A DNA stretch of 64,000 nt from Candidatus Parcubacteria bacterium (GCA_027450205.1 DAIDJL010000002.1:93758-157757); one strand, 5' to 3'. Numbered from the stretch's first letter, positions 51,320-61,772 are shown. Translations and numbers: made by a program. The notes: generated from the sequence alone by a model not told the origin.

Positions 51320-51823
51320 ATCAAGCCCCGTATCAACAATCAAATAACCGCACCCGAGCTCCGCGTCATCGGCGAAGAAGGAGAAAATCTTGGCGTCATG
51401 ACGCGTGCCGACGCGCTCGCGCTCGCCCGCCCGGACGACGGCATTGACCTCATAGAGATCTCGGCGGCCGCAAAACCCCCCGTCGTACGCCTTATGAGCT
51501 ATGACAAGTTCCGTTACGAAGAAGAGAAGCGGGTAAAAAAGGAGCGTGCCGCACAAAAGACTGCGGCGATGAAGGCGGTCCAGATCACGGCCAAGGCTGC
51601 ACACAACGATCTTATGGTAAAGGTAAAGCAGGTGGAAAAATTCTTTGCCCAGGGCCATCCCGTGGAGATCGTCATGCGCCTGCGCGGCCGCGAAAAACGC
51701 AACAAGGACTGGGCAATGGAAAAGCTTAAAGAATTTTTAACCCTGATCCCGGTGGAATACAAGAAGCTCAACGAGCCGAAGTTTTTGGGTAACGGCCCGG
51801 CAGTGCAGATCGCAAAGAAATAA
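51320..51823 (+). CDS. infC: Translation initiation factor IF-3 (non-AUG start)
   Basis: The frame extends upstream of 51398 as IKPRINNQITAPELRVIGEEGENLGVM; also DLIEIS..AKPPV and RGRE. Confidence 0.93.
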   Translation: MKPRINNQITAPELRVIGEEGENLGVMTRADALALARPDDGIDLIEISAAAKPPVVRLMSYDKFRYEEEKRVKKERAAQKTAAMKAVQITAKAAHNDLMVKVKQVEKFFAQGHPVEIVMRLRGREKRNKDWAMEKLKEFLTLIPVEYKKLNEPKFLGNGPAVQIAKK

Positions 51824-51826
51824 AAA

Positions 51827-52234
51827 ATGAACGAAAATCCTGAAAAGCGCGAGGAACAATTCAGCCAGGAGCAGCAGGAGGTGATCGACGAGTGGATGGG
51901 TAAATATGCCACGGAAGAAATCCCGCCCGAAAAACGCAGGGAGTGCGGTCCCGAAATAGAGGAGCTCGAAGGCATGTTTGAAAACTTTGAGCAGGCCCAT
52001 GATCTCGCGGCGTTGCATGCCATTACCAACCTTACGCCCGAAGAAGCGCCTCATCATCCGGTGCGAGAACCCGCCAAGCAAGCGCTGAATCCGATCTATA
52101 AGAAATTATGCGTTATCAAAGATGAAACGAATATCTCTGGTGAAAAATATACAGAGCTAAAAGCAAAGTGGAAGCGCCTATCGCAGGCCGTAGGAATGAT
52201 AAACAATAGTATTGTTGACCACTCGGAAAGATAA
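51827..52234 (+). CDS. Hypothetical protein
   Basis: 135-aa acidic ORF starting 3 nt after infC. Confidence 0.7.
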   Translation: MNENPEKREEQFSQEQQEVIDEWMGKYATEEIPPEKRRECGPEIEELEGMFENFEQAHDLAALHAITNLTPEEAPHHPVREPAKQALNPIYKKLCVIKDETNISGEKYTELKAKWKRLSQAVGMINNSIVDHSER

Positions 52235-52348
52235 AAACTTTTTGTATTAGTAACTCCCATTGGCACGGGTTCCGGGCCAACTCTTGCCATATATAAAAAG
52301 ATATAGTAAGCTTACTGTCATTGAGCCGAGGGGGCTCACATCTATATT

Positions 52349-52519
52349 ATGCCTTCCAAGAGCTTCTCAAAGAGAATAAAGATCACAAAAAACGGAAAGA
52401 TCGTCCGCCGAAGGATGGGGGTTGGCCATTTCCGCACCCGGAAAAACAAGAAGATGAACCGGGACGCCGGCAAGAGCCGCGGCCTCGATATGTCACTGAA
52501 GACATTAAAGGAGTATTAA
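52349..52519 (+). CDS. rpmI: 50S ribosomal protein L35
   Basis: Not in the ORF track. MPSKSFSKRIKITKNGKIVRRRMGVGHFRTRK..., located between infC and rplT. Confidence 0.9.
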   Translation: MPSKSFSKRIKITKNGKIVRRRMGVGHFRTRKNKKMNRDAGKSRGLDMSLKTLKEY

Positions 52520-52546
52520 AAAGTAATATCGTAACTCACCAAAGCC

Positions 52547-52897
52547 ATGCCACGCGTAAAAAGAGGGACCATTGCCAATAAGCGCCGCCGCAACGTCCTT
52601 AAGCACGCCAAAGGGTTCAAATGGGGACGCAAGTCAAAGGAGCGCGCCGCCAAAGAGGCGCTGCTTCACGCCTGGTCGCACGCCTTCCGCGGGCGCAAGG
52701 AAAAGAAGCGGACCTTCCGCCAGCTTTGGACCGTCAAGATCAATGCCGCTATCCGCCCCGAAGGGATGAACTACAGCACATTCATCGCGGCCCTCAAGAA
52801 AGCAGGGATTGCGATCGACCGCAAGATCCTCGCAGATCTCGCCGAACACGAACCGGAAGCGTTCAAGAAGGTGGTGGCCGCAGCGAAAACGAAATAG
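52547..52897 (+). CDS. rplT: 50S ribosomal protein L20
   Basis: [20 protein letters not shown] and DRKILA. Confidence 0.97.
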   Translation: MPRVKRGTIANKRRRNVLKHAKGFKWGRKSKERAAKEALLHAWSHAFRGRKEKKRTFRQLWTVKINAAIRPEGMNYSTFIAALKKAGIAIDRKILADLAEHEPEAFKKVVAAAKTK

Positions 52898-52901
52898 AAT
52901 A

Positions 52902-52933
52902 AATAAAAACCTCCGATATCGGAGGTTTTTATT
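52902..52933. terminator. Bidirectional terminator
   Basis: AATAAAAACCTCCGATATCGGAGGTTTTTATT palindrome. Confidence 0.75.
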
Positions 52934-52973
52934 TATATACCCGCGGATTCGGCGATGCCCGAACGCGCAAAGC

Positions 52974-53534
52974 CTATTGATGATTTTTCACTTCTTTTAC
53001 GGAAGAACCCTGAGGTGCGTGCGGCGCCGGAGCCGGGGCGCCCGCCTTTGGCGCCGCCCGTTTGTGCGGCTTCAGATAGTCGCTCGCCTGCTTTAACACC
53101 TTGCGCGTGTCACCGTATTTCTTTCCGATCACATTCAACGCATCATGATAGAGGAACCATCCATACCCGCTATGTTCGCGCGGAATGATCTGAATCTCCG
53201 CCTTATGCGTCTCCGCAAGAAAAAGAATGACCGTGTCGTAGATGCCCTGGTTGCCGATCTTGAAATAGAAACGTTCATACGCGCGGAAATTCGGCAACAT
53301 GCGCAGCTCCGTCTTTTTTATTCCTGTCTCTTCCTCCAGTTCTCGCAGTGCGGTATCGATGCTCCGTTCTCCCGGCTTAAAGTGGCCTTTTGGAAAATTC
53401 CAATAGTTTCCGCGGCGATAGAGCAGTAAAAACTTTATTCCGTCGGACGTTTTCCGGTATACCACGAAGCCCGCCACGACCTGTTTTTTTGTGGGGATAC
53501 GCTTTGATTCGTCGATTTCGCGCGGTGATGGCAT
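52974..53534 (-). CDS. NUDIX hydrolase (Ap4A hydrolase-like)
   Basis: WNFPKGH..PGE...TALRELEEETG and EH...W. Confidence 0.9.
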   Translation of the reverse strand: MPSPREIDESKRIPTKKQVVAGFVVYRKTSDGIKFLLLYRRGNYWNFPKGHFKPGERSIDTALRELEEETGIKKTELRMLPNFRAYERFYFKIGNQGIYDTVILFLAETHKAEIQIIPREHSGYGWFLYHDALNVIGKKYGDTRKVLKQASDYLKPHKRAAPKAGAPAPAPHAPQGSSVKEVKNHQ

Positions 53535-53591
53535 GGGGATAGTTTAGCATAATTATTAAAAATATGTTATAATGTCCGCAGGAGGTGGAGT

Positions 53592-54014
53592 GTGGATTTC
53601 GGATATATCCTCTTATTGTCCTTTGGCCTATTCGGCCTCGTTGCATTGATCCGCAAACACAAGCTTATTACCATTGATGTGGTAAGTTCCCTCGTGGCCC
53701 GGGCCGATTTTAAGGCAAAAGGCGCGGGCGATTCCTACGTTGTCTACAATTCCGATCTCGGTTGTGACTATATCCGCCGCCAGGATGGGAAACAAACCCT
53801 TATGTTCAAAGCGGCGTTCTATCGCGGAAAACTGGAGGCGGAGTTCGATAGCGACGGGAAGCTTATCTTGTGGAAAGACAAAAAGGGGCCCAAAAAACGA
53901 ACCATCCCCATTCGGGACTGCTACCACCATGAAGTGTGGCTTCTGGAAAATGTTCTGGGAACGATCCAAAACAGGATCCTTTTAATGGAAGATCGGGGCG
54001 CTCGCACGGCATGA
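53592..54014 (+). CDS. Hypothetical protein with N-terminal TM
   Basis: GGAGG RBS, GTG start and an upstream TGTTATAAT. Confidence 0.6.
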   Translation: MDFGYILLLSFGLFGLVALIRKHKLITIDVVSSLVARADFKAKGAGDSYVVYNSDLGCDYIRRQDGKQTLMFKAAFYRGKLEAEFDSDGKLILWKDKKGPKKRTIPIRDCYHHEVWLLENVLGTIQNRILLMEDRGARTA

Positions 54015-54025
54015 GCGCCCTATTT

Positions 54026-55810
54026 TTATTTATTTTTAAGAAAGCCCAGCATCTTCGCAAGGGGCCAGGCGTTGATAATATCTTTACGCTCAGCCCAGCC
54101 GCGGCGAGCCTGGGCAATGCCGCACTCAAGGAAGGCAAAGTGCGCCGCGGCGTGCGCGTCGGAATCAATGGACATTTTGACCCCGGCCTCCACGCACTTG
54201 CGGATATATTCATCTTTGAGATCGCTGCGCTCGGGAAGCGCATCGATCTCCAAAATGGTCCCCGTCATTTTCGCGGCCGCGATGATCTCATCTATATCTA
54301 TATCGTATGGCGCGCGCTTATTGATGAGCCGCCCCGTCGGATGAAAGAAAATATCCACGTTCGGATTTGATATGGCGCGCTTCACGCGACTGGTCTGTTC
54401 CGCGCGCGGAAGGTTGAAGAACGAATGCACCGATACGCCGACGACGTCGAGCTTTGAAAGCGTCTCATTGTCGAGGTCAAGCGTGCCATCCCTTAAAATA
54501 TCGCACTCGGTGCCTTTCAGTATTTTTATTTTTCCGGCCAGCTTTTTATTCACCGCGTCGATCTCCTTCCATTGCTCGCGGATGCGCTTCTCGTCCAGGC
54601 CATGCGTCATTGCAAGACGCTTGGTATGATCGGTAATGACGATATATTCCAGTCCGCGCTTCATTGCGGCACGCGCCATCACCGCTATGGAATCGGCGCC
54701 GTCGGTCCAGTCGGTCTGCACCTGAAGATCGCCGTGCAGATCATCATAGCCGATCAATTTCGGTAAACCGCGCGCACCGCCTGATATTTTCTTCTCAAAT
54801 TCCCGCGCCGCCGCCTCCACCTCGCCCGTGTTCTCGCGAAGCTCCGGCTCGGGATACGCCATGCGAAGCACTTTATATACCTCCTCTTCCGTCCTGCCCG
54901 CCACGCGCACGCCGGTCTTCTCGCCCTTTTTGTTCACCTTAAAAAGGCCATATTCATTGAGCGTCAACCCCAGTTTGTTGGCGCGCGCACGGATGACGAC
55001 GTTGTGCTCTTTCGATCCGGTGAAATAATTGAGTGCCGCGCCGTACGATTCCTTTGGCACCACGCGCAGGTCAATATTCAATCCGGGCTTGACCTTTATG
55101 GACGACTTTGTGGCGCCATGCGCGATGACCGTCATGATGCCGGGTGTTTTGGAAACAAATTCATCCATGACGACCTTCGGTCTGGACGAGACCGCAAGAA
55201 TATCCAGGTCCCCCATCGTATCCTTGCGGCGACGCGCCGATCCTGCAATGGTCACGCGCTCCACGCCGGCAACAGCCGCAAGCCGGGCTTCGATCTCGCG
55301 GATCTGCGGCAGCATGAGGCCGGTGATGAACCGCGATCCCGAGCCGCGTGCGAACTCGATGCCTTTCAGGATCTTCTCCTCGCTCTTTTTGCCAAAACCC
55401 TCCAGCGCGCCGATCTTCCCCTGCCTTGCCGCCGCTTCAAGCTCTTTTAAGTTGCGCACGCCGAGCTCTTTATATAATTTCTGGATAGATTTGGGACCGA
55501 GTCCCTCCACGCGCGCGAGTTCATCCAGGCGCACGGGCGTCGCCTTCTTCAGTTTTTCGTATTCCGTGCTGCGCCCCTTCGTTACGAGCTCCTCTATGAT
55601 TTCCGCGATGGACCGGCCCACGGCGGGGATCTCCCTGAGCGCCTTCACGCCGCCCCTGGCATATATTGCCGACGCCTCCTCCTCGAGTGCGCCCACCGTC
55701 TCTGCCGCCTTCTCGAACGCGCGCGGCTTGAACTGCACATGCTGCATCGCCAAATATTCGCCGATCTGGCGCAAGATCTCGGCGATAGACTGGTTGTTCA
55801 TGTCTGCCAT
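54026..55810 (-). CDS. polX: DNA polymerase X / PHP family protein
   Basis: HhH motifs, AGSARR...GDLD, YFTGSKEHN, LNEYG and the PHP motifs ITDH, HPTGR and SDAH. Confidence 0.93.
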   Translation of the reverse strand: MADMNNQSIAEILRQIGEYLAMQHVQFKPRAFEKAAETVGALEEEASAIYARGGVKALREIPAVGRSIAEIIEELVTKGRSTEYEKLKKATPVRLDELARVEGLGPKSIQKLYKELGVRNLKELEAAARQGKIGALEGFGKKSEEKILKGIEFARGSGSRFITGLMLPQIREIEARLAAVAGVERVTIAGSARRRKDTMGDLDILAVSSRPKVVMDEFVSKTPGIMTVIAHGATKSSIKVKPGLNIDLRVVPKESYGAALNYFTGSKEHNVVIRARANKLGLTLNEYGLFKVNKKGEKTGVRVAGRTEEEVYKVLRMAYPEPELRENTGEVEAAAREFEKKISGGARGLPKLIGYDDLHGDLQVQTDWTDGADSIAVMARAAMKRGLEYIVITDHTKRLAMTHGLDEKRIREQWKEIDAVNKKLAGKIKILKGTECDILRDGTLDLDNETLSKLDVVGVSVHSFFNLPRAEQTSRVKRAISNPNVDIFFHPTGRLINKRAPYDIDIDEIIAAAKMTGTILEIDALPERSDLKDEYIRKCVEAGVKMSIDSDAHAAAHFAFLECGIAQARRGWAERKDIINAWPLAKMLGFLKNK

Positions 55811-55856
55811 ACATAAATAGTACCACTCGGCGGACGGATGCGGATGTTTTTGCCAT

Positions 55857-56534
55857 TCACGCCACCGTATCTCCCGGCTTCCGCTCGACCGCCGTCTCGG
55901 CGGCATTCACCGCCGCGCGCGTGGACGTGGTCGGCTTCGGCAGGATCAGGTCCGGCACCGCAAGCAGCACGAACGCAGCGATGAACGCCATGATGCCGGC
56001 GCCCACGAAGACCACGCTGTAGCCGAGCGTGTCGGCGATGACGCCGCCGAGGAATCCCGTGACGCCCGCGCCGATCCCGCTCACCGACGAATCGAGCGAC
56101 CAGTCGAGGGAGATGGCGTCCTTGTCCAGGTGCCGCGAATAGATCGTCGGCCACGATGCGTAGTAGAACGCGAAAGCGATCGCCTGGATGGCATGGATCG
56201 CATAGAGTTCCCACACCTGCCTGACCCAGACCATTGCGATCGCCGAGATGCCCACAAGCAGGAGCCCGCCGACGAGCGCCATGAAATCGTCGTGTTCGCC
56301 GGGAATGCGGTCGAGCATGCTCGCGATCGGGATCTGCGCGACCGAACGGATGATCCAATAGATCGCCGCCGCGATGCCGACGACCGTCAGCGTCCCCCCG
56401 ACGACGCGCTGGATGATGAACACCGAGAACACCGGATCGATGAGCCCCCATCCGGCGAGCAAAAAGAAATCCGAGATGACAAAATATTTCACCACCCGCC
56501 CGACTTTTACATTGATGTTTACCTTGATACGCAT
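55857..56534 (-). CDS. MFS-family membrane protein (half-size)
   Basis: Six TM segments with MFS-like loops. Confidence 0.75.
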   Translation of the reverse strand: MRIKVNINVKVGRVVKYFVISDFFLLAGWGLIDPVFSVFIIQRVVGGTLTVVGIAAAIYWIIRSVAQIPIASMLDRIPGEHDDFMALVGGLLLVGISAIAMVWVRQVWELYAIHAIQAIAFAFYYASWPTIYSRHLDKDAISLDWSLDSSVSGIGAGVTGFLGGVIADTLGYSVVFVGAGIMAFIAAFVLLAVPDLILPKPTTSTRAAVNAAETAVERKPGDTVA

Positions 56535-56548
56535 GTCTGTCCTATATA

Positions 56549-59056
56549 TTATTGGCTTACAAAATCGAACGCCCCATCTTTGACCACGCACTGGATCTTC
56601 GACCCCTTCACGATCTTTTTCGCAAGTAGCGCCTCGGAGAGCGGCGCGCGGATGTATTCGTCGATCGCGCGCCGGAGCGGCCGCGCGCCGTACTGCGGGT
56701 CGTAGCCAAGCTTGGCGATGCGCGTGATCGCCTCGGTGCTGAATGAAAGCACGACGCCCTGCGCCCTCAGCGCAGTAACAAGCTCATTCACGTTGATCTG
56801 CGCGATCTGCGGAAGCTCGCTCATTTCCAGATTCTTGAACACGATTATCTTGGAAAATCGGTTAAGCAGTTCCGGCTTGAGCACGTCCACCAGCCGCGCC
56901 TTCAGATATTCGGCCACATCAGCCATTTTTTCACCTTTCACAAGGGCCTCGTTGATGATGTCCGAATGCGCGTTGGATGTGGCAATGATGATCGTGTTCG
57001 TAAAATCCACGACATGCCCCACGTTGTCGGTAAGCCGCCCGTCGTCGAGCACCTGCAGGAAGAGGTTCAAAATATCCGGGAATGCTTTTTCAAACTCATC
57101 AAGGAGCACCAGGCTGTACGGCTTCTCGCGGATCGCATCGGTGAGCGCGCCACGCACCGTGCCGTCCGGCGACCCGATAAAGCGGTAGAAGCTCGTCTTG
57201 TCCTGGTATTCCGTCATATCGAAACGCACCATCATTTTTTCCGAGCCGAACTGGATCGCCGCAAGCTGTTTTGCAAGCTCCGTCTTCCCCACGCCGGTCG
57301 GCCCCACAAACAAAAAGCTTGCGATCGGACCGCCTCTCCGCGTCAGTCCACTGCGATATTCGCGCAACGCCTGCGCCACCGCCTTGACCGCCTCATCCTG
57401 CCCAATGATGTGATCGTGTATCAGCTCTTCCATGTGCAGCAACTTCTCCGCTTCGTCGCCTTCCGCCTCATGCATCGGGATGTTCACTTTTTCTTCGGCG
57501 ACAGCCGTCACGCGGTCGGGAGTGACCGCCTTCTCGCCCCGACGCTCTGCGTCCACGATCGCGCTTTTCAACAATTCTTCGGCGCTTGAGGGAAGGAATT
57601 TGCCATGGAGGTACTTCTTGGCAAGCAGCACCGCGCGCTTGATCGCGCCAAAGCTCACTGCGATCCGGGACTGCCGTTCAAGCAAAAAACTTTCGTACGT
57701 CAACACTTTTTCCGCATCCGCTTCCGAGATCTCATTCACCATGATGGGTTCGAACATGCCGGCGAAATCACTGCGCGGTTCGATGAATTCCTTGAACTCC
57801 TTCGGGTACGAACTGCCGATGACCGGAAATTGGTTGGAAGTGATGACGGGCATCAGCGCGTCGGCGGCCGAAAGGTATGCGGCTCCGGAGGTGCGTACCA
57901 GGTTGTGGATGTCGGGGATGTAAAGAATGATGTTCCCCGCCGTGACGATCTCGTCCACGACCGCCTTGATGCGCGCGTTCAATTCTTCCGGCGGCGCGCC
58001 GGCGATCAGGCTCTGCAGTTGAAGCCCCACGAGCCGCCGGTCAAAGAGCCCCTGCGGCACGTCGTCCTTTACCAACCGGAATGCCAGATGGCGGACGATG
58101 GACTCCTTGCCGATCCCCGCCTCTCCTATGAGCAGCGCATTCGGTTCCACCGGCCGCGCGAGCGTCTCCACCAGCCGCTCATATTCCGCCTCGTGGCCGA
58201 TGAGGAATCCCGACTCGCGATCGCGCGCCATATCGGTGAAATCCATGCCGTAGTTATCGAGTGTCGGCGTCGGCCGCGACGTCCACGCGCGGTTCATGAT
58301 GCGATGCTGAACGACATGATGCGTTTCCGGCGCAAAACCCCCAAGCACGGACGGCAGGCGCCCGAACAGTCCGTCCCGCCCGGCGAGCGCGCTGAAAATA
58401 AGCGCGCGCTCAAGATCGCCTTCCTCTATATTGAACAGCGAGAACAACCGGTCGAGCGATTCGTTTCCCATGCCCGGGAGCGCCGAGAAAAGGTCGGCGG
58501 GCTTGATGAAATCATGGCCGGCGCTCGTCGCCGAAGCGAACGCCCGCACCGAAAGCGGCTCCACGAGCGATGCATAATTTTCCGGCGGGCCGGCCTCTTC
58601 CATCAACGCCTCCAGTTTTGCCTTGAACTCCTCTGGCTTCACATCCAGACGCCGGAGACCGTCCACGACCTGCGGCAGCTCGAAAAGTCGGCTCGTAAGT
58701 TCCAAAAGAAAGCTTTTCCCCATGATGACGCTGCGATCCACCGCACGCTCGATCACGGCAAAGGATGCCCGGTCCATTACCGTCGCAAGGTTCACTCGCC
58801 CCGCCGCAGGCAGCTCGGAGATCGGCGTGTCACCTTCACCGCGATGGATCAAAAGATCGATTACTATAAGCGATAGAAAAAGCCCGATATAAAAAAGCGT
58901 CCGGATGTCATACGAAAGCAAGAACATGAACATCGCCACGACAAGCACCAGAGAAAAAATATAACTCACCACGCGGACGAGCGAACGTCCTGCGATCGTC
59001 ATGCGCAGACGCGGGTCATCGAAATAAAATTCGCGCTTAGAAATATTTTGCGGCAT
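56549..59056 (-). CDS. ClpA/B/C-type AAA+ ATPase with N-terminal TM segments
   Basis: Second module has IIGQDEAV, GPTGVGKT, LLDEFEKA, DDGRLTD and GARPLRR; the first module is degenerate. Confidence 0.9.
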   Translation of the reverse strand: MPQNISKREFYFDDPRLRMTIAGRSLVRVVSYIFSLVLVVAMFMFLLSYDIRTLFYIGLFLSLIVIDLLIHRGEGDTPISELPAAGRVNLATVMDRASFAVIERAVDRSVIMGKSFLLELTSRLFELPQVVDGLRRLDVKPEEFKAKLEALMEEAGPPENYASLVEPLSVRAFASATSAGHDFIKPADLFSALPGMGNESLDRLFSLFNIEEGDLERALIFSALAGRDGLFGRLPSVLGGFAPETHHVVQHRIMNRAWTSRPTPTLDNYGMDFTDMARDRESGFLIGHEAEYERLVETLARPVEPNALLIGEAGIGKESIVRHLAFRLVKDDVPQGLFDRRLVGLQLQSLIAGAPPEELNARIKAVVDEIVTAGNIILYIPDIHNLVRTSGAAYLSAADALMPVITSNQFPVIGSSYPKEFKEFIEPRSDFAGMFEPIMVNEISEADAEKVLTYESFLLERQSRIAVSFGAIKRAVLLAKKYLHGKFLPSSAEELLKSAIVDAERRGEKAVTPDRVTAVAEEKVNIPMHEAEGDEAEKLLHMEELIHDHIIGQDEAVKAVAQALREYRSGLTRRGGPIASFLFVGPTGVGKTELAKQLAAIQFGSEKMMVRFDMTEYQDKTSFYRFIGSPDGTVRGALTDAIREKPYSLVLLDEFEKAFPDILNLFLQVLDDGRLTDNVGHVVDFTNTIIIATSNAHSDIINEALVKGEKMADVAEYLKARLVDVLKPELLNRFSKIIVFKNLEMSELPQIAQINVNELVTALRAQGVVLSFSTEAITRIAKLGYDPQYGARPLRRAIDEYIRAPLSEALLAKKIVKGSKIQCVVKDGAFDFVSQ

Positions 59057-59384
59057 AGATAAGGATGACCGCCGGAATGGCAAGCCAGATAAGGTAAACG
59101 ATCGCGAACACGAACGCAAGGACAAGATAGAACACGCCGCCGATGACGATCCGCGCCGACCGGAACACAATTCCCAAAATCCTCCCGATGATGCTGTAAT
59201 CCTTATAGAGCGGCTCGAAAAAATGTCGCAGCGTGATAGCGAGCGCGAACGACCGGTCTGCTGCCGTCATGGTGGCCATAAAACGCCGCCCGATATCGCG
59301 CGAACCATCCACATACCAATGATGAAAAAAATCTAAGAACCGGTAAAGCAAACGGCGCGTAAGGTATACCACGGAAAAATCCAT
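59037..59384 (-). CDS. Membrane protein coupled to the Clp ATPase gene
   Basis: HWY, FFEPLYKD and GRILG..R motifs; overlaps the Clp start. Confidence 0.75.
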   Translation of the reverse strand: MDFSVVYLTRRLLYRFLDFFHHWYVDGSRDIGRRFMATMTAADRSFALAITLRHFFEPLYKDYSIIGRILGIVFRSARIVIGGVFYLVLAFVFAIVYLIWLAIPAVILIYAAKYF

Positions 59385-59429
59385 ATCATAATGATACCAT
59401 CCGAGCGCCGCCCGGCGCCAAGCATAAGG

Positions 59430-60092
59430 CTAAAAGAGGCCCGCTTGTTCCGTCTTTTCCGGATCGGTTTTTTTGGATTCGCGGGCTGCCGGAAGCCCGG
59501 AGGCGAACGCGGGCGGCATCTCTATTTTGAATTCGCCCGCTAGCACGCTCGGGATCTTTTTAAAATCGCCGCGGAGCGTCTCCATCATTTGAGTGGAACG
59601 GAGCGCCGCGGCGGGGTGATATACCGGGAAGATAATACGGCCGTCAATACTGAGCGGCCGGCCGTGGTCGCGGGTGATCTTTGCCTCCGGCAAAAAATAG
59701 TTCATTGAAAACCGCCCGAGCGTCACAATGAGATCCGGATCGATCACTTCGATCTGGCGCGTGAGGTACGGCTTATATGCTTCAATCTCCGCGGGCAGCG
59801 GATCGCGATTCTCGGGCGGGCGGCGCTTGACGATGTTCGTAATATACGTTTCTTCGCGCTTCCAACCAAGATCGCGGATCATATTGTCCAAAAGCTGTCC
59901 GCCGCGCCCAACGAACGGCCGGCGCAGGCGGTCTTCGTTCACGCCCGGCGCCTCGCCGATGAACATCACCCTACAATCCACGTCCCCTTCGCCAAACACA
60001 AGATTCGCCTCGGCGCGCAACGGCAGCTTCACATTGGCCGCCATCTCCGCCTCGATCTTTTTTAGCTCCGCGATCTTGTCCGCTTTATCCAT
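59430..60092 (-). CDS. Uracil-DNA glycosylase (family 4-like)
   Basis: GEAPG, PFVGRGG, RPPENR and YHPAA. Confidence 0.92.
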   Translation of the reverse strand: MDKADKIAELKKIEAEMAANVKLPLRAEANLVFGEGDVDCRVMFIGEAPGVNEDRLRRPFVGRGGQLLDNMIRDLGWKREETYITNIVKRRPPENRDPLPAEIEAYKPYLTRQIEVIDPDLIVTLGRFSMNYFLPEAKITRDHGRPLSIDGRIIFPVYHPAAALRSTQMMETLRGDFKKIPSVLAGEFKIEMPPAFASGLPAARESKKTDPEKTEQAGLF

Positions 60093-60156
60093 ATGAACAG
60101 ATTATAGCGCAATAAAAAACGGGCGTCGGAACGCCCGTCTTTAATCCGCCCCCCCC

Positions 60157-61077
60157 TTAATTATCACCCATATGTTCATCCGACCTTCCGGCCTGCGGAA
60201 CAACGACAAACGGAGTGGTTGTCGTTGCACTGATGGAGGCGCCCAAAACAGCGCCATCGGCGGAGCTGGGTCCGTCGGAGCCCGTCCCGTCCCGGGTCGA
60301 TGTCGTTCCGCCCCCGCCATCGCCACGACTCCCGCTCCCGCACTGGAGATTGAATTGCCTCAGGGCATCCGGATGCGCAACAAGCTCCCCGTCAAGATGA
60401 CCGAAGAGGACGCTGGATGTACTGCTGTCAAAAGCGGCGCAGTACACATTCAGGGGGTTGGATCCCCGTTCCGCGGGCGGCGGGGTCGTTACCGATAGCG
60501 ACGGCGATCCCTGGCCGTGGCCCCGGTTACCGTGGCTGAAAACACCGGCGGAGCCATGAGTGGTAATTCCGACAGCGGTCGAAGTGTCGGCGGGATTGCC
60601 GGCCGAAGCGCCGGTGATCGCGGCGAGAGAGCTGCTGATCTCGCTGTCCAGGTCATCCGTTAGTGCGGGGATGAGCGTGCTCGTCGGATGCGACGCCCGC
60701 AAAGCATCGATCTCCTTTACGCGCCGCACGGCGAACGTCGCTTCAAGCCGCGGTTTCTGCGATGCAGGCGTGAACGTAAGCTGGATATTCTCGCTGAGGC
60801 GCTTCAGTGGATAGAGCGGATTCGTCGCGGAGACGTTCGCGGTGTCGGCATATACGGACATACCGGCAGCCACGCACACTACCGCCATCGCAACGACGCC
60901 AATCTTAAAGAACATCGCCATGCCTGCCGTGCGCTCCATGCGCTCGGTCGCAAGCGCGGACGCGTCAAAAGCGGCCAGAAACTGTTCCCTGCCTTTCTCT
61001 ATAAATTCCTTGCGCGGCGCGAGGCTCTTTTGCGCCGCACGTGGAAGCCCTTCGGTTTTGCGGATAAAAAATTTCAT
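60157..61077 (-). CDS. Putative anti-sigma factor (DUF5667-like)
   Basis: TM segment followed by PLYPLKRLSE...RRVKE; overlaps the ECF sigma stop. Confidence 0.7.
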   Translation of the reverse strand: MKFFIRKTEGLPRAAQKSLAPRKEFIEKGREQFLAAFDASALATERMERTAGMAMFFKIGVVAMAVVCVAAGMSVYADTANVSATNPLYPLKRLSENIQLTFTPASQKPRLEATFAVRRVKEIDALRASHPTSTLIPALTDDLDSEISSSLAAITGASAGNPADTSTAVGITTHGSAGVFSHGNRGHGQGSPSLSVTTPPPAERGSNPLNVYCAAFDSSTSSVLFGHLDGELVAHPDALRQFNLQCGSGSRGDGGGGTTSTRDGTGSDGPSSADGAVLGASISATTTTPFVVVPQAGRSDEHMGDN

Positions 61078-61625
61078 TTGAATTCCTTTTGTATCTTCTC
61101 TTTAAGGCGAAGCGCTGCCACGCGCAACGTCCCTTCGGGTTTTTCCAGAATATTCGCAATATCTTTATACGACATCTCCGCGGCGAACCGCAGTTCAAAG
61201 AGTTCCTGCTCTTCGCGCGAGAACGTGCTCACCACCATCTTTAGTCGGCGATATTCCAGCACGTTGTCCGTGTCCGGGATCTCCCCCACTGACATCGCGG
61301 CAACTTCGTCGTCCTCGAACTGTGAGAACGGGGCCGCTTTTTTTTGGCGGTAATGATCAATGAGCGTGTTGCGCGCCATCCTCCAGAACCATACCGTGAA
61401 CCTTCCCTTTTTTTCGTCGAAACTCCCGATATGCTCGATCAATTTTATAAAAATCTCCTGGGAAAGATCTTCTGCAGCCTCGCGCGAGCCGGTTCGGGAA
61501 AGTACGAACCCGTAAAGCTTTGGCGCAAGCTCGTCATATAGCGCTCCCCCCGCCGCACGGCTGCCCTTCTTCATGCGGGCCACCAGGCGGTCCAAGCGGT
61601 CGCGTTGTAAATCCTTAAATTCCAT
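61074..61625 (-). CDS. ECF sigma-70 factor
   Basis: AEDLSQEIF, F..WFWRMARN..IDHYR and SYKDIA...GT. Confidence 0.92.
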   Translation of the reverse strand: MEFKDLQRDRLDRLVARMKKGSRAAGGALYDELAPKLYGFVLSRTGSREAAEDLSQEIFIKLIEHIGSFDEKKGRFTVWFWRMARNTLIDHYRQKKAAPFSQFEDDEVAAMSVGEIPDTDNVLEYRRLKMVVSTFSREEQELFELRFAAEMSYKDIANILEKPEGTLRVAALRLKEKIQKEFK

Positions 61626-61700
61626 AGCTATATACGAATGGTATTATAAAACGTTACCAGAAGTTTAACACGACCATCGGTCAAGGGTCTCACTGCATTG

Positions 61701-61772
61701 TGCTCTCGACAGGAATCGAACCTGTACCACCTCCTTCGGAGGGAGATATTCTATCCATTAAACTACGAGAGC
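61701..61772 (-). tRNA. tRNA-Arg(CCG)
   Basis: Minus strand GCTCTCG...CGAGAGC-A, anticodon loop CTCCGAA and T-arm GGTTCGATTCC. Confidence 0.93.
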
